Assembly: GCA_051955835.1 (NCBI GenBank)
Contig: JBQCGH010000110.1
Coordinates: forward strand, 39 to 64,038
Source: Gemmatimonadales bacterium
GTDB lineage: Bacteria > Gemmatimonadota > Gemmatimonadetes > Gemmatimonadales > GWC2-71-9
Length of the DNA: 64,000 nucleotides
Direction: 5' to 3'
The notes below the pieces were generated by a model. The model did no database searches. It saw only the letters and a list, made by a program, of their open reading frames with translations, and was not told the origin of the DNA. Made by a program: the position numbers and the translations under genes. Shown in pieces: positions 19,929 through 30,734 of this stretch (position 1 is the stretch's first letter; every line of letters starts with the position of its first letter).

Positions 19929-21886
19929 GCCGAGAGCAGAGTGGCGGGGCCGCCCTGCGGTCCCGCGCGATAGCGTTCGATCCAGTCGGCGACCTCCTCC
20001 AACGATTGTTCCTCCAGAAAGAGCCGGTGCCAGACCTCGAGATTCAGCAGGATCCACAGCCGGAAGTTGTGGTCCCGCCGGCCCTCCAGGTGCTCGGCCA
20101 CGAGGCGCTCGACATAGGCCCGGTTGAACACGCCAGCCTGCACCAGGCGGGACTCGGCGGCGACCTGACGGAGCAGGTGCCGAAGATCGGTACGCATCCA
20201 GCGTGCGAGCGGAAACCCGAAGCCTTGCTTCGGGCGCTCGACGAGGTCAGGCGGCAGATAGCGTGCCGCCACGCGCCGCAGGATGTACTTCAGCTTGGTC
20301 CCACGCAGCTTCAGATCGGCCGGGAGCGCAGCCGCGAACTCCACCATCCGGTGCTCCAGCAGCGGCGGCCGGACCTCGAGACCGTGCGCCATGGCCATGC
20401 GGTCCACGATCGGGAGAAGGTGGTCGGGAATCCGGGTCATCAAGTCGGTATACAGCATCCGATCGATCAGCTCTCGGGCGTTCGCCGAGTTGAAGTGTGC
20501 GAGGATCTTGTCGGTGGAATCGAGGCCGGCGAGACCGACTCGGGCATCAGGGGTGAAGAGCGACCGTTTCGCGTCCTCGGTGAACCGGAGAAAGCTCATG
20601 CTGGCGGCATACCGCTCGCCACCATCCAGCAGGGACATCTCGTTCAGCCAGTGGAGCTTCTGGGCGAGGCTCTTGTAGCCGAAGGTCTCGGGCACCAGCC
20701 CGATGAGCTGGCGGAACACCGTCCGCCGAAGCGAGCGGGGGAGCAGGCCGTACATGGTCGCCAGCCGCTGCCCCGCGAAGCGATCATAGCCGGCGAAGAG
20801 CTCGTCCCCGCCGTCGCCGCTCAAGACCACCTTCACCTCCCGGGCGGCCAGGCGGGCTACGAGATAGACGCCCGCGCCGAAGGGGTCGGAGGGTTCGTCC
20901 AGATGCCAGACCATCTCGGGCACCAGGCGCACGAGATCCGCCGTGACCACCTCTTCATGATGCCGCGTGTGGTATTGGCGGGCGACCTGGGCAGCGAAGG
21001 GCAGCTCGTTGAACCCCTGCTCCCGCACCCCGATCGAGAAGGTGGAGACCGGGTCGGGCGATACGTCCGCCATCAGCGCCGTGATGAGGCTCGAGTCGAT
21101 GCCGCCGCTCAGGAAGCTGCCCACCGGGACGTCACTGAGCAGGTGCGCTCGCACGGTCTCCCGGAGCTCGTGATCCAGAGCGTCGGTGAGCTCCGCGTCC
21201 GAGCCTGCCCGCTTCTCGACGGAGGAGAATGACCAGTAGCGCTCGACCCGAACGACGCCCTGCTCGTACACCAGGCGGTGAGCGGCCGGGAGCTTGCGGA
21301 CGCCTTTGAACAGCGTGAGCTGGTCGGGAATGAAGCGAAGGGACACGTAATGGAAGAGCGCCTCCAGGTCGATCTCGCGTGTGACCAGCCCGCTGGCAAG
21401 CACCGCCTTGACCTCGGAGGCGAACACTAGGCCGCGGGCCGTCTCCGCGTAGAAGAGCGGCTTCTGGCCCAGGTGGTCACGGGCGAGCAGGAGCCGTCGC
21501 CGGGCGGCATCCCAGAGCGCGAAGGCGAACATGCCGTCGAGATGCCGCACGCAGTCGACGCCGTACTTCTCATAGAGGTGCAGCAGGATTTCGGTGTCCG
21601 ACCTGGTGCGGAAGCGCCGGCCTTCGGCTTCGAAGGCCGCTCGCAGCGCGGGGAAGTTGTAGATCTCGCCGTTGAAGACGACCGCCAGCGTGCCATCCGC
21701 GGTGCGCATCGGCTGCCGGCCGCCCGCGAGGTCCAGAATGCTGAGCCGCCGATGCCCCAACGTGGCGGGACCGAGACATTCCAGACCCTCGTCGTCCGGC
21801 CCCCGGTGTCGGATGGTCGCGAGCATCGCCGGCACCCGGCCCGCCACCGAGGGATCATCCGAGATGATACCCGCAAGACCGCACAT
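19925..21886 (-). CDS. asnB: Asparagine synthase (glutamine-hydrolysing) family amidotransferase
   Basis: MCGLAG N-terminal Cys, HRGPD, LGHRRLSILD, FNGEIYN, LSGGIDSS, LSGDGGDELFAGY. Confidence 0.93.
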   Translation of the reverse strand: MCGLAGIISDDPSVAGRVPAMLATIRHRGPDDEGLECLGPATLGHRRLSILDLAGGRQPMRTADGTLAVVFNGEIYNFPALRAAFEAEGRRFRTRSDTEILLHLYEKYGVDCVRHLDGMFAFALWDAARRRLLLARDHLGQKPLFYAETARGLVFASEVKAVLASGLVTREIDLEALFHYVSLRFIPDQLTLFKGVRKLPAAHRLVYEQGVVRVERYWSFSSVEKRAGSDAELTDALDHELRETVRAHLLSDVPVGSFLSGGIDSSLITALMADVSPDPVSTFSIGVREQGFNELPFAAQVARQYHTRHHEEVVTADLVRLVPEMVWHLDEPSDPFGAGVYLVARLAAREVKVVLSGDGGDELFAGYDRFAGQRLATMYGLLPRSLRRTVFRQLIGLVPETFGYKSLAQKLHWLNEMSLLDGGERYAASMSFLRFTEDAKRSLFTPDARVGLAGLDSTDKILAHFNSANARELIDRMLYTDLMTRIPDHLLPIVDRMAMAHGLEVRPPLLEHRMVEFAAALPADLKLRGTKLKYILRRVAARYLPPDLVERPKQGFGFPLARWMRTDLRHLLRQVAAESRLVQAGVFNRAYVERLVAEHLEGRRDHNFRLWILLNLEVWHRLFLEEQSLEEVADWIERYRAGPQGGPATLLSA

Positions 21887-22015
21887 GGCTTCAATATACC
21901 CCGAGGCGATGAGTGACCGAGCGACACCGGAGGGGCTCAGAGCGAGGCCGGACGGGCTCTGGCGCGGGAGTCGTTCCGCGACGAGCCGCGTGCCGGACGA
22001 CCTGCCGCGACGGCT

Positions 22016-22999
22016 TCACAAGTACCCCATGCTCCGATACCACTCGCCCGTGCGGCGGAGTCCCTCCTCCAGCCCGACTCTCGGCTGATAGCCGAGCTCG
22101 CGCTTCGCGCGGGAGATATCGAAGGCGCGGTTCTGGCGATACCAGTCGACGCGGCGAGGAAAGATCGGCGGGGTGACGCCGAAGGGCTTGCAGACCGTTT
22201 CACAGACGTGTCCCGCCATGACGACCGGGAGGACCGGATAGTGGCGGATCCGCACCGGCACTCCGAGGGCTCGAGCCACGGCGCGGACGATCTCCTCGAT
22301 CGGATAATACTGTTCGTCCGCGATGAGATACTCGCGCCCCGCGCCGGCGCGAGCGGGCATGCAGAGGAGAAAGGCGTCGACCAGATTGTCGATGTACAGC
22401 GGGTGGTATAGGGTCCGGCCGCTGCCGAACATGGGGAAGCTGCCCTTGGCCACGCGCTTGAAGATCAGGAAGAAGCGCTCCGGATCGCCGGGTCCGTAGA
22501 TGGCCGCCGGCCGCAGGATCACCGTTTCCATTCCTCGGCCGCCGAATTCCTTCACCAGCGGCTCGGCCTCATACTTGGTGCGCTGGTAGTAGTCCGCCGG
22601 CTGGATCGGCGCATCCTCTTCGGCGGGAGGATGGTCGATGTTCCCGTGCACGCCACACGTACTGCAGTACACGAACTTCCGGACCCCGGCCTGCCGCGCC
22701 GCCTCGAGGACCACTCTGGTGCCGCCCACGTTGACCTCGTCGTAATACGAGTTCGGCACGTTGAGCTCACGGAATGCCGCGGCGAGGTGGAAGACGAATT
22801 CCACCCCCCGCATGCTTCGCTCCACGGCCGCACGGTCCGTCACCGACCCGATCACGACCTCGGCGCCCAGTCGCCGAAGGGCGTCGCACGCCAGGCCCTC
22901 CTTGTAATCGAGCGCCACGACGGAATGCCCATCTTGGCAGAGTCGTTCCACCAGCGCTGTTCCGGTGAAGCCCGTCCCACCGGTCACCAGGATTCGCAC
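22016..22999 (-). CDS. NAD-dependent epimerase/dehydratase (extended SDR)
   Basis: VTGGTGFTG, YQRTK (YxxxK), LRPAAIYGPGD. Confidence 0.9.
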   Translation of the reverse strand: MRILVTGGTGFTGTALVERLCQDGHSVVALDYKEGLACDALRRLGAEVVIGSVTDRAAVERSMRGVEFVFHLAAAFRELNVPNSYYDEVNVGGTRVVLEAARQAGVRKFVYCSTCGVHGNIDHPPAEEDAPIQPADYYQRTKYEAEPLVKEFGGRGMETVILRPAAIYGPGDPERFFLIFKRVAKGSFPMFGSGRTLYHPLYIDNLVDAFLLCMPARAGAGREYLIADEQYYPIEEIVRAVARALGVPVRIRHYPVLPVVMAGHVCETVCKPFGVTPPIFPRRVDWYRQNRAFDISRAKRELGYQPRVGLEEGLRRTGEWYRSMGYL

Positions 23000-24276
23000 G
23001 ATCGCTCCGACCCGTTGAACGCCTTCACCCCGGCGCCGGCATCTTCAGACTGCCTCATAGGCGAGGCGACAGGCTGCTCAGTCACGGCCTCGCCGGCGAA
23101 GAGCCTCACGAGTGCGCGAGCGATGACGTGAGCATCGAAGCGCTCCTCGATCCGCCGTCGGCCCGCTTCGGCGAGCTCCGTGCGACGCGCCGGCGAGTCG
23201 AGCAGCTCGATGAGTGCGTTCGCCAGCTCGGCGGGATTGCCGGGAGGCACCAGCAGGCCGGCGCCCTCGAGAAGCTCCGGCAGGCCGCCCGTTGTCGTCG
23301 AGATGGCGGGAACCCCGTGCGCGAGCGCCTCGACCAAGGCGACGCTGAGTCCCTCATGGAGGCCCGGTCCAAGCTGGACGCTGGGGAGCACCACGCAATC
23401 GATCAATCCGTCACGGTAGCGCCGGAGCAACTCAGCGTGTGGAACCAGGCCGAGCATCCGGACACGCGTGCCCAGGTTGAGCTCGCGTATGCGGCGAGCC
23501 AGCGAGGTGGCCTCGGGTCCGTCACCCGCGAGCTCGAGACTGAAGGGAACTTCGCGCGCCGCGAGCAGCGCCGCCGCCTCCAGCAGATGGGCGTGCCCCT
23601 TCACCGGAACGAGACGCGCCGGACACAGCACGACGGGTATCGCCCGTGGCGGCGGCGGCAGTGGCCGCGGCGGGATGTCGACCCCCATGTGGAGGACGAC
23701 TCCGCGAGCCGCCGCTTCGGGACTGACGAAGCGACGCGCGACCCCCAGCATGTAGCTTGCGATAAACCGTCCGAATCGAGCAGACCGCAGCTTCTGATCC
23801 AGCAGGTTGTTGAGGATGATATCGTAGCGATGCGCAGTGAAGCTCCATGGGATGCCGCTCATGGCGCTTGCGCCCATCGCCATGGTCGCGGTGAGATGGG
23901 CCCAGTGCGCGTGGATGTGGTCGGCTCGCCACGCGCGCGCGAACTTCGCGAGCCACGCGCCTTGTGCCGTGGCATAGGCGTTGAGGAGGCTGCGCCATCG
24001 CGGTCGCGAGGAGCGGAGCCGCCAGTACGCACCGGCAACCCGGCGTGGGTCCCTCGCCAGGGCGGCCGCGGCATCGGCGGCGATGGTGAGTGTTCCAGGC
24101 AGCCGCCGCGTGCGCTCCAGCACCGCGCTCACGTCATCGTGGAGAATCGGCTCGTACGAGCGCCGCGGCACCACGAGCACGTCATGACCCGCCGTCAGCA
24201 GGGCCTCGATCTCGGGCACGATGAACGTCTCGCCCTGGCCGTACGGAAGTCGGCTGGTGACGTACACGATCCTCAT
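22984..24276 (-). CDS. Glycosyltransferase family 4 (WcaL-like)
   Basis: GETFIVPEI, HIHAHWA, SFTAHRYDI, ARLVPVKG, EGLSVALVEALA. Confidence 0.88.
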   Translation of the reverse strand: MRIVYVTSRLPYGQGETFIVPEIEALLTAGHDVLVVPRRSYEPILHDDVSAVLERTRRLPGTLTIAADAAAALARDPRRVAGAYWRLRSSRPRWRSLLNAYATAQGAWLAKFARAWRADHIHAHWAHLTATMAMGASAMSGIPWSFTAHRYDIILNNLLDQKLRSARFGRFIASYMLGVARRFVSPEAAARGVVLHMGVDIPPRPLPPPPRAIPVVLCPARLVPVKGHAHLLEAAALLAAREVPFSLELAGDGPEATSLARRIRELNLGTRVRMLGLVPHAELLRRYRDGLIDCVVLPSVQLGPGLHEGLSVALVEALAHGVPAISTTTGGLPELLEGAGLLVPPGNPAELANALIELLDSPARRTELAEAGRRRIEERFDAHVIARALVRLFAGEAVTEQPVASPMRQSEDAGAGVKAFNGSERSCESW

Positions 24277-25775
24277 GGGATCATGCTCACGGGGTTCCGG
24301 AGGTGCAGAAGGCGCGCAGCGGTCCTCGAACGCAGTACAACGACGTAATACCCGACGACCGCCAGCGCAGCCGTGACCACCGCCCATTCCTCATGCCCGG
24401 CGTGCAGCGCCGCCGCCGTGGGCAGGAGGCAGATCGTCGTCAGCGCGACGAGGCGAGCCGCCGGGGCCACCAACCGCCCGATCGAGCTGTGCCCGGCCCG
24501 CATGAACCGCGCGATGGAGGTGACCGAGATGATGACGCCGCTCGCGGAGAGCAGGGCGACGGCCAGCATGGGAGAGTTGCGGTGCGCGCCAATGAGGAGG
24601 GATGCGAGACGAAGCGCGAACTCGAAGGTGGTGAACGCGAGCGCCGAGCCCTGCCACTCACGAACGCTGAGCAGGCCGCTGAGTGGGCTGCTGACGAGCC
24701 ACACGACGAACCACGGGGCGAGGACCTGGGCGTACCGTCCAGCTTGCTCCCACTGGCCGCCCATCACCGTTGCGAACAGGCGCGGCCCGCTCAGCGCGAT
24801 CACCGCAAACACCGGGAGCCCGCCGGCGAACAGGACCAGCGCGATGCGCTCGGTGAGTTCCTTGAGCCGCTCGGGCTCTCGCGCCAGCGCAGCCGCGCGC
24901 GCCAGAAAGACCTGGCCCACGGCCTGACCGACGAGCATCGTCGGCAGCACCAGCATCTTGTAGCTCAGCGCGTAGAGACCAGCAGCCGCGGCGCCGAAGG
25001 TAGCCGAGAAAAGGATCGAGGGCAGTTGCAAGCTGCCGATGTTGAAAATGCCGGCCCAAGTGGTGAGCAGCGGAAACCGGCGGTAGCGCCGGGCGGCCTC
25101 CCCGATGCTCGCGCGCGAGACGAGCGCGGCCGGCCGATCGCGCCAGGCCAAGAGCGCGAGTCCGCCCCCGCCGGCCACTCGGCCGATGACGTCGCCGATG
25201 AGCAGGCCCGGGGCTCCCGCCCGCGCGAGGCCCAGTCCCACTTGGCTCGCCACCTGCCCCACCCCCTGACTCAGCCGGGTCCGCGCGAGGCGCCCGAAGG
25301 CGCTTCGCCGGATGGCCCAGTAGGACAGCGCCTGGTACACGCCTGCACCGACGAAGCCCACGGGTAGGAGCCAGAGATAGGGCCGCAAGGCCGGCACTCG
25401 GACCGCGGTGGTGAATGGATCGCCGACCAGCCACACCGCGATGGAGAGCCCCGCCGTGGACACCCCGAGAAACACGAAGGTGAGAACCAGCAGAGATGCC
25501 GCGGTGGATTCGTCCTCCGGCAGTGGGATCGCCAGTTCGTAACGGAGTGACGCGACGACGAGGAGCACCGTGAGGGTGGACGAGTACACGGCGAGCGTGC
25601 CGTAGTCCGCCGGCGTGTACAGCCGCGTGAGTACCGGCGTCGCCAGCGCGAGCAGCCCCTGCGCCACGGCCGTGCCCGACGCGAGTGTCACGACGCTCCG
25701 CCCGAACACACCTCCCGGCAGCTTCGCGCGCCGCAGGATGCTCGGGAGCCGCATCGCGGTCAACGGCTGCGCCAT
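24273..25775 (-). CDS. Oligosaccharide flippase (Wzx/MOP family)
   Basis: LASGTAVAQ...PVLTRLYTPADYG, LRYELAIPLP, about 12-13 TM segments. Confidence 0.88.
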   Translation of the reverse strand: MAQPLTAMRLPSILRRAKLPGGVFGRSVVTLASGTAVAQGLLALATPVLTRLYTPADYGTLAVYSSTLTVLLVVASLRYELAIPLPEDESTAASLLVLTFVFLGVSTAGLSIAVWLVGDPFTTAVRVPALRPYLWLLPVGFVGAGVYQALSYWAIRRSAFGRLARTRLSQGVGQVASQVGLGLARAGAPGLLIGDVIGRVAGGGGLALLAWRDRPAALVSRASIGEAARRYRRFPLLTTWAGIFNIGSLQLPSILFSATFGAAAAGLYALSYKMLVLPTMLVGQAVGQVFLARAAALAREPERLKELTERIALVLFAGGLPVFAVIALSGPRLFATVMGGQWEQAGRYAQVLAPWFVVWLVSSPLSGLLSVREWQGSALAFTTFEFALRLASLLIGAHRNSPMLAVALLSASGVIISVTSIARFMRAGHSSIGRLVAPAARLVALTTICLLPTAAALHAGHEEWAVVTAALAVVGYYVVVLRSRTAARLLHLRNPVSMIP

Positions 25776-25900
25776 CGCGACGCCCCGTTCCCCGACGTGC
25801 GGGCTGAGGACGGCGCGGGCGAGGCTGCCGCGCGCCGCCGAGAAGAGGCTGGGCTGGTCGCGGTCATCAAGAGACTATGCGGCGGCCAGAGCCAGCCGGT

Positions 25901-25916
25901 TGTGACGGCTGTCACG
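25901..25916. promoter_or_regulatory. CRP/FNR-family box upstream of the flippase
   Basis: TGTGA-cggctg-TCACG; minus-strand TAGTCT at 25877-25872 as possible -10. Confidence 0.5.
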
Positions 25917-25919
25917 ACC

Positions 25920-26723
25920 CTACCTCCGGGTTGCCCGGACAATCAACTTGTGGCCCGGATGCCACGGGAGGAGACGGTCGAGCGAGGCGAGGAGCCTCAG
26001 GGCTGGGTAGAGCAGGGCCAGCACGCGGAACTGTGTTCGATAGCGCCGGACGTCCGACCCGGTCACCACACTGCCCTTGCCGGTTCCGGTGGGAGCGCCA
26101 TGCCGTCCCTGGCGCCGGCGGATGAGCTCGAATGCCCCATTCAGCAGGGTGTCCACCAGCTCGGAGCCAAAGCGCGAATAGGCGACCGACCGCTCGATCC
26201 GAAATGCGGGGCCCAGCACCTCCTCGAGGGAGGCGACTGTATACCCTGGTCGAAGATGGCCGTGCCAGGCGTCGGTCAGCCCAATGCGGTGGCGAAAGCG
26301 AACCAGCGGCGAGCCTGCCAGCACATGGGGTACGTTGACGATCAGCGTGCCCTGGGGCTTGAGGATCCGCGCGAGCTCACGGCCGAACCCTTGATCGTCC
26401 TCGATGTGCTCCAGATAGTCGACGATGACGATCTGATCGAACGTCTGGTCCGCGAATGGCGTGCGGGGGCCGTCGAGCCGGTAGACGTCGGTCCCGACGA
26501 GCTGACGGATCGCGGCCACGGTGGCCTCATCGAGGTCGGCACTCGCCCATCGGCCGCCGCGCTGGCGCAACAGATAGCTGATGACGCCGTTGTCCCCGCC
26601 GATATCCAGATTGGACTTGCCCGCAGGGTCCTCGAGCAATCTGAGCACCTGGTCGAGCTTGGCCTGCTTGAGCACCGACTTCCGGAACAAGGCCAGCGCC
26701 CACCCTGTCTCCGGCGCGGTCAT
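25920..26723 (-). CDS. Class I SAM-dependent methyltransferase
   Basis: LDIGGDNG, PFADQTFD..VDYLEHIEDD, RILKPQG, GHLRPGY. Confidence 0.85.
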   Translation of the reverse strand: MTAPETGWALALFRKSVLKQAKLDQVLRLLEDPAGKSNLDIGGDNGVISYLLRQRGGRWASADLDEATVAAIRQLVGTDVYRLDGPRTPFADQTFDQIVIVDYLEHIEDDQGFGRELARILKPQGTLIVNVPHVLAGSPLVRFRHRIGLTDAWHGHLRPGYTVASLEEVLGPAFRIERSVAYSRFGSELVDTLLNGAFELIRRRQGRHGAPTGTGKGSVVTGSDVRRYRTQFRVLALLYPALRLLASLDRLLPWHPGHKLIVRATRR

Positions 26724-26742
26724 CGGTCGGGCGTCTCGAAAC

Positions 26743-27963
26743 TCAGGGGGCGACGGCGGGAATCGAGACGGGCAGTCGCAGGTGCCGAAGCACCAGGACG
26801 AAGGTCACCGCCGCCCGGACCAGCCACCCGACGGCGACGCCGTAGATCACGCCCGTGAGGCCCCAGCGGGCGCCGATCCACGCGCCCGCCAGCGCGAGCC
26901 CCACGGAGATCCATCCCGAGGCGTTGATCAGCGAGAGCTCGCGCGGATCGGCCATCGCCGCAGCGGTCGCCTTGGAAAAGGCGTTCGCGATCTTGGCGAG
27001 GCCACTCGCGATGACGGCGAGCAGGAGCGGGCCGGCGAGATGGTACTTTCCGGCCAGGAACCAGCGCTCGAGCAGCGGTGTGAAGAGCCAGATCGCGGCG
27101 GAGCCCAGCACCGCCATCCCGCCGACGAGACGGGCCTCGTGAGACACGAGGCGCCGTCGTTCTATGATGGTCGTGGCCGCCCGGAGCCGGGGCAACAAGC
27201 TGAATCCGACCCCCATCTGCATGACCCGGTACACGGAACCGGCGATGGCCGCGACGACGCCGTAGAGTGCCAGGTCCGCGAGCGGGAGCACATGAGGCAA
27301 GACGAGGCGCTCGAGCTGGATCAGGAGCAGGCCGCTTGCATTGAGCCCTGCGAACGCCAGCGCTTCGCCCCAGGCGAACTCGACCCGTCCCGACGCCCGG
27401 CCCGCGCGCTCGCGCAGCAGGGCGGCCCAGCCATAGGCCGCCGCGACGGCGAATCCCACCATCGAGATCAGGACCGGAAGCCAGGCGCCGGGAACCCGCG
27501 TGAGCACGGAGGCGCCCGCGGCGAGCAGCAAGACGATGTTGGGGCTCTGGTTCAGCATGAGCGCGCGGGCGAACCGCTGCTCGCTCTGGAATCGGGCGGC
27601 GGCCACCACCATCAGGCCGCCGGCCGCGGTGGACACGAACAACATCGCCGCGAGCGTCGCCGACATTCCGTAGCTGGCTATCCCGATGGCGGCGAAGCCG
27701 GCGCCCACAAGCAGTGCGACCCACGTCGTTCGGGAGAGAAGAGACGGACTCGCGTCGAGGTGGTGCCGGGTGACGACGCCGTCGAGCCCCGCGGGCGCCA
27801 GCGCGTAACCCAAGTTGCCCAGGGCGATGACCAGGGTGAAGATGGCGTACTGCTCGGTGGAGAGGACTCGTGCGAGGATGAGTTTCGAGCCGGTGAACCC
27901 GACGCCCGAAAGCGCGTAGACCACCATGCTCCGCAGGGTGGGCGACTGCCACAGTCGCCTCAC
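26743..27963 (-). CDS. Second flippase-like polysaccharide biosynthesis membrane protein
   Basis: Multi-TM; LILARVLS.EQY..F, IQLERLVL, LALYG pattern of MOP-family exporters. Confidence 0.7.
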   Translation of the reverse strand: MRRLWQSPTLRSMVVYALSGVGFTGSKLILARVLSTEQYAIFTLVIALGNLGYALAPAGLDGVVTRHHLDASPSLLSRTTWVALLVGAGFAAIGIASYGMSATLAAMLFVSTAAGGLMVVAAARFQSEQRFARALMLNQSPNIVLLLAAGASVLTRVPGAWLPVLISMVGFAVAAAYGWAALLRERAGRASGRVEFAWGEALAFAGLNASGLLLIQLERLVLPHVLPLADLALYGVVAAIAGSVYRVMQMGVGFSLLPRLRAATTIIERRRLVSHEARLVGGMAVLGSAAIWLFTPLLERWFLAGKYHLAGPLLLAVIASGLAKIANAFSKATAAAMADPRELSLINASGWISVGLALAGAWIGARWGLTGVIYGVAVGWLVRAAVTFVLVLRHLRLPVSIPAVAP

Positions 27964-29144
27964 GCGTTGGCCCCGACGACCTTTGCCTCCATCGCATCGT
28001 AGAACTGGGCCAGCTTCCGACGCGCGGCGTCCGGGGTGAACTCCTCCTGCACATACGCCTTGGCCTGGGCGGCGAGGCGGCGACGCAGCGGAGGATCGGA
28101 TAGCAGGCTGGCGAGCCCGTTCCCGAGGGACTCGGGCTCCGGATCGACTAGGTACGCCGTGCGGTCGTCCAGCACCTGGGTATGGGTGCGGAGCCGCGTC
28201 GCCAGGACCGCTGTGCCCGAGTCCAGATATGAGTAGATCTTCATCGGCGTGTTCAGCCCCTTGAGCCGCGGCGAAACGAGCACGTCAGCCTGTTTGAGAA
28301 GGTCGGGCAGCATACTGACCGGGCGCGGGCCGAGGAAATGGACGCGGCGGCGGATGCCCAGGCCGGCAGCGACCCGCCGGTAGCGCCGGATGTCGTCCTC
28401 GCGGCCGCCGACGATGACAAGGCTCACCGTCGGCACCAGCTGTAGCGTGCGCTTAAATCCCTGTAATAGAAGATCGATCCCCTGATAGCGCTCGAGGTTG
28501 CCTACGTACATGGCAACGGGGCCGGCCCGCCGGATCCGGGCAGGCACGCCGCCGTGCGGCCTCGCATCCGGCGAGGCGCCGTTCGCCAGAAGCGTGCTGT
28601 CTTCGACCCGGCCCACCGGCTTGTTGGGGGCGTGCGCCAGCGCCACATCCTCGAGCGCGGCGCACACGGTCAGAACGCCGATGCTTCGGCGGACCGCCAC
28701 CGACTCGCAGAACCGCAGAATCGGAAGCACCGTTCCAAGCTTCGGATAGGCCTCCGCCAGCTGCTCCGCAAGCGAGCTGTCCATGTCATAAATGTAGGGC
28801 ACGCCCGACAAGGCGCTTGCCGCTGCGGCAATGAAGGCAGACTCTTCGACCGCGTGAATGAGGTCGTATCGCGCGCGCCGCACCATCGCCAGGCACTTCA
28901 CGACCATCAACAGGTCGCACAGCACCTTCTTGAAGGAGAAACCCGCGCGCACATTGTGGACCCCCGGGATGCGGGGAATGCGATGGATGCGGCAGTTGGG
29001 AATCTCGACGTCTTCGCCTTCGTGTAGGGTCAGGACGTCCACCTGATGGCCTCGCGCGCTCAGGAACTCGAGTACTGCGCGGACGGCCAGCGGCGTACCC
29101 CTCGCCTGGAAAAACGGGTGAGGGGCGAGCACCAGAATCCTCAC
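27960..29144 (-). CDS. Glycosyltransferase family 4
   Basis: APHPFFQARGTPL, YVGNLERYQG, ADVLVSPR..G.NTPMKIYSYL. Confidence 0.88.
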   Translation of the reverse strand: MRILVLAPHPFFQARGTPLAVRAVLEFLSARGHQVDVLTLHEGEDVEIPNCRIHRIPRIPGVHNVRAGFSFKKVLCDLLMVVKCLAMVRRARYDLIHAVEESAFIAAAASALSGVPYIYDMDSSLAEQLAEAYPKLGTVLPILRFCESVAVRRSIGVLTVCAALEDVALAHAPNKPVGRVEDSTLLANGASPDARPHGGVPARIRRAGPVAMYVGNLERYQGIDLLLQGFKRTLQLVPTVSLVIVGGREDDIRRYRRVAAGLGIRRRVHFLGPRPVSMLPDLLKQADVLVSPRLKGLNTPMKIYSYLDSGTAVLATRLRTHTQVLDDRTAYLVDPEPESLGNGLASLLSDPPLRRRLAAQAKAYVQEEFTPDAARRKLAQFYDAMEAKVVGANA

Positions 29145-30670
29145 CCGCCGGGGCTCCCGGCCAGGATCGGTGGCCTGAGCTGGCGAGTTACGTCGTCGAT
29201 CTCGGCTGCCTCCCGCGCCGGACTCCAGCCGAGGTCGGCTGCGGCGATCCGCGCGACGGCGGCCACCGTCAATGGGGCGGGGGCGAGGGGCGAGCCGAAG
29301 GACGTCCGTCGAAACATCAGGTCGGACAGCCGTACTGCCATCTCCTCTCTGAGGGCGCGGCGCACCTGGGCGTCAGGCGTGGCGTCGGACGTGTCGCCGG
29401 GCCCGTCAACGCGGACCTCGGTGGTTCGGCAACGCAGGCGGCGGCCGAGGCCGGCCGCCACCCGGTCGACTACCCGCTGCGCTACCCCCCTGGCCGTGGT
29501 GAACTTGACACCTTCGGCCGAGAACATACCGGCGGGCCCCACACCCGCTCCGTGGTCTATGACACGCTCGCAATCGGCCAAGGCGTCCCGTCGGCCCGGC
29601 TCCCGGCCCGCCTTAAGGGGCAGGAGGCCCCAATAGCAGCGGAGAACGTCCTGCGCCGAAATGGCCAACCCGGGACACGCCGCCCGAAACTCCTGCAGCA
29701 GTGCCCTGGCGCCCCGGCCGATCAGCGATTCCGGATCGCCACCTCTCCAGTGGGTGTACCACGTCCCCAGCAGAGTAGTGCCTTCCTGCGGCACCATGAA
29801 CAAATAGCGCTTTCCCCCCAGAATAGGGTCCTCCGCCGGACCGGACAGAGAGCGAATGCCCACCGCAACGTCCGCCGGCCGTCCCACGATCTCCAGGTTG
29901 AGCGCAAACGCCTGGGAGGGAATGCCTGCGTCATTGGTGGCGGAAACGTCGCCCACCAGACTCTGCGTCCATGGGCCAGCCGCGACCACCACGCGGCGCG
30001 CGCGGACATGGAACTGGTCTCCATCGAGCTCGTCCGAGGCGATGACCCCGGTGACCTCGCCGTCGCTGACGGTCGCTCGATGCACGCGACAGTAGTTGGC
30101 AGCAGCCGCCCCGCGAGCGACCGCCGACGTGACCAACGCCAGGGTCAGCCGCTCGGGGCGGCGGAGCCTCGCGTCATACCAGAGCGCGCCTCCGTTCGCG
30201 CGCTCTGAAGGAAACGCCGGGAACCGGCGCCGGCATTCCTCGACGGACAGCAAGCGCCCCGCTGGGAGCCAACGGTGCTCGGCGAGTCCTCGATTTCGGT
30301 CTAGAGACGCGAGGTCGTTGAGCGCGAGAGCCATGCGAAACGCCGCCCGCCCGTGCGCGCCGGCGCCGTAGATCGGCACCAGGACGGGCAGCGGTTCCAC
30401 CAGTGTCGGGGCGACGCGGAGCAGCGCCGAGCGCTCGCGGATAGACTCCCGCATTCTGGCCAGGTCGCCACGCGCGAGGTACCGGAGGCCCCCGTGCACG
30501 ATGCGCAAGCTGTTGGCAGAGGTTTGGGCGCCGAAATCCCCACGCTCGAGGATGGCCACGCGGAGTCCCCGGAGCGCCGCATCCCAGGCGATCCAAGCGC
30601 CCTGGATGCCACCGCCCACGACGATCACGTCATACTGCGCCGCAGCGAGACGAGGAAGGTCGCGTTCCAT
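29141..30670 (-). CDS. FAD-dependent glycerol-3-phosphate dehydrogenase/oxidase-like protein (GlpD/GlpA family)
   Basis: DVIVVGGGIQG, DFGAQTSANSLRIVHGGLRYL, VAAGPW, GVKFTTAR, EEMAVRLSDLMFRRT. Confidence 0.85.
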   Translation of the reverse strand: MERDLPRLAAAQYDVIVVGGGIQGAWIAWDAALRGLRVAILERGDFGAQTSANSLRIVHGGLRYLARGDLARMRESIRERSALLRVAPTLVEPLPVLVPIYGAGAHGRAAFRMALALNDLASLDRNRGLAEHRWLPAGRLLSVEECRRRFPAFPSERANGGALWYDARLRRPERLTLALVTSAVARGAAAANYCRVHRATVSDGEVTGVIASDELDGDQFHVRARRVVVAAGPWTQSLVGDVSATNDAGIPSQAFALNLEIVGRPADVAVGIRSLSGPAEDPILGGKRYLFMVPQEGTTLLGTWYTHWRGGDPESLIGRGARALLQEFRAACPGLAISAQDVLRCYWGLLPLKAGREPGRRDALADCERVIDHGAGVGPAGMFSAEGVKFTTARGVAQRVVDRVAAGLGRRLRCRTTEVRVDGPGDTSDATPDAQVRRALREEMAVRLSDLMFRRTSFGSPLAPAPLTVAAVARIAAADLGWSPAREAAEIDDVTRQLRPPILAGSPGG

Positions 30671-30734
30671 CCGAACCGGGGAGTGCCGCGGGGCCGGACA
30701 CGCGGTTCCGGCGCGGGCGCGCGAGTCCGCGCCG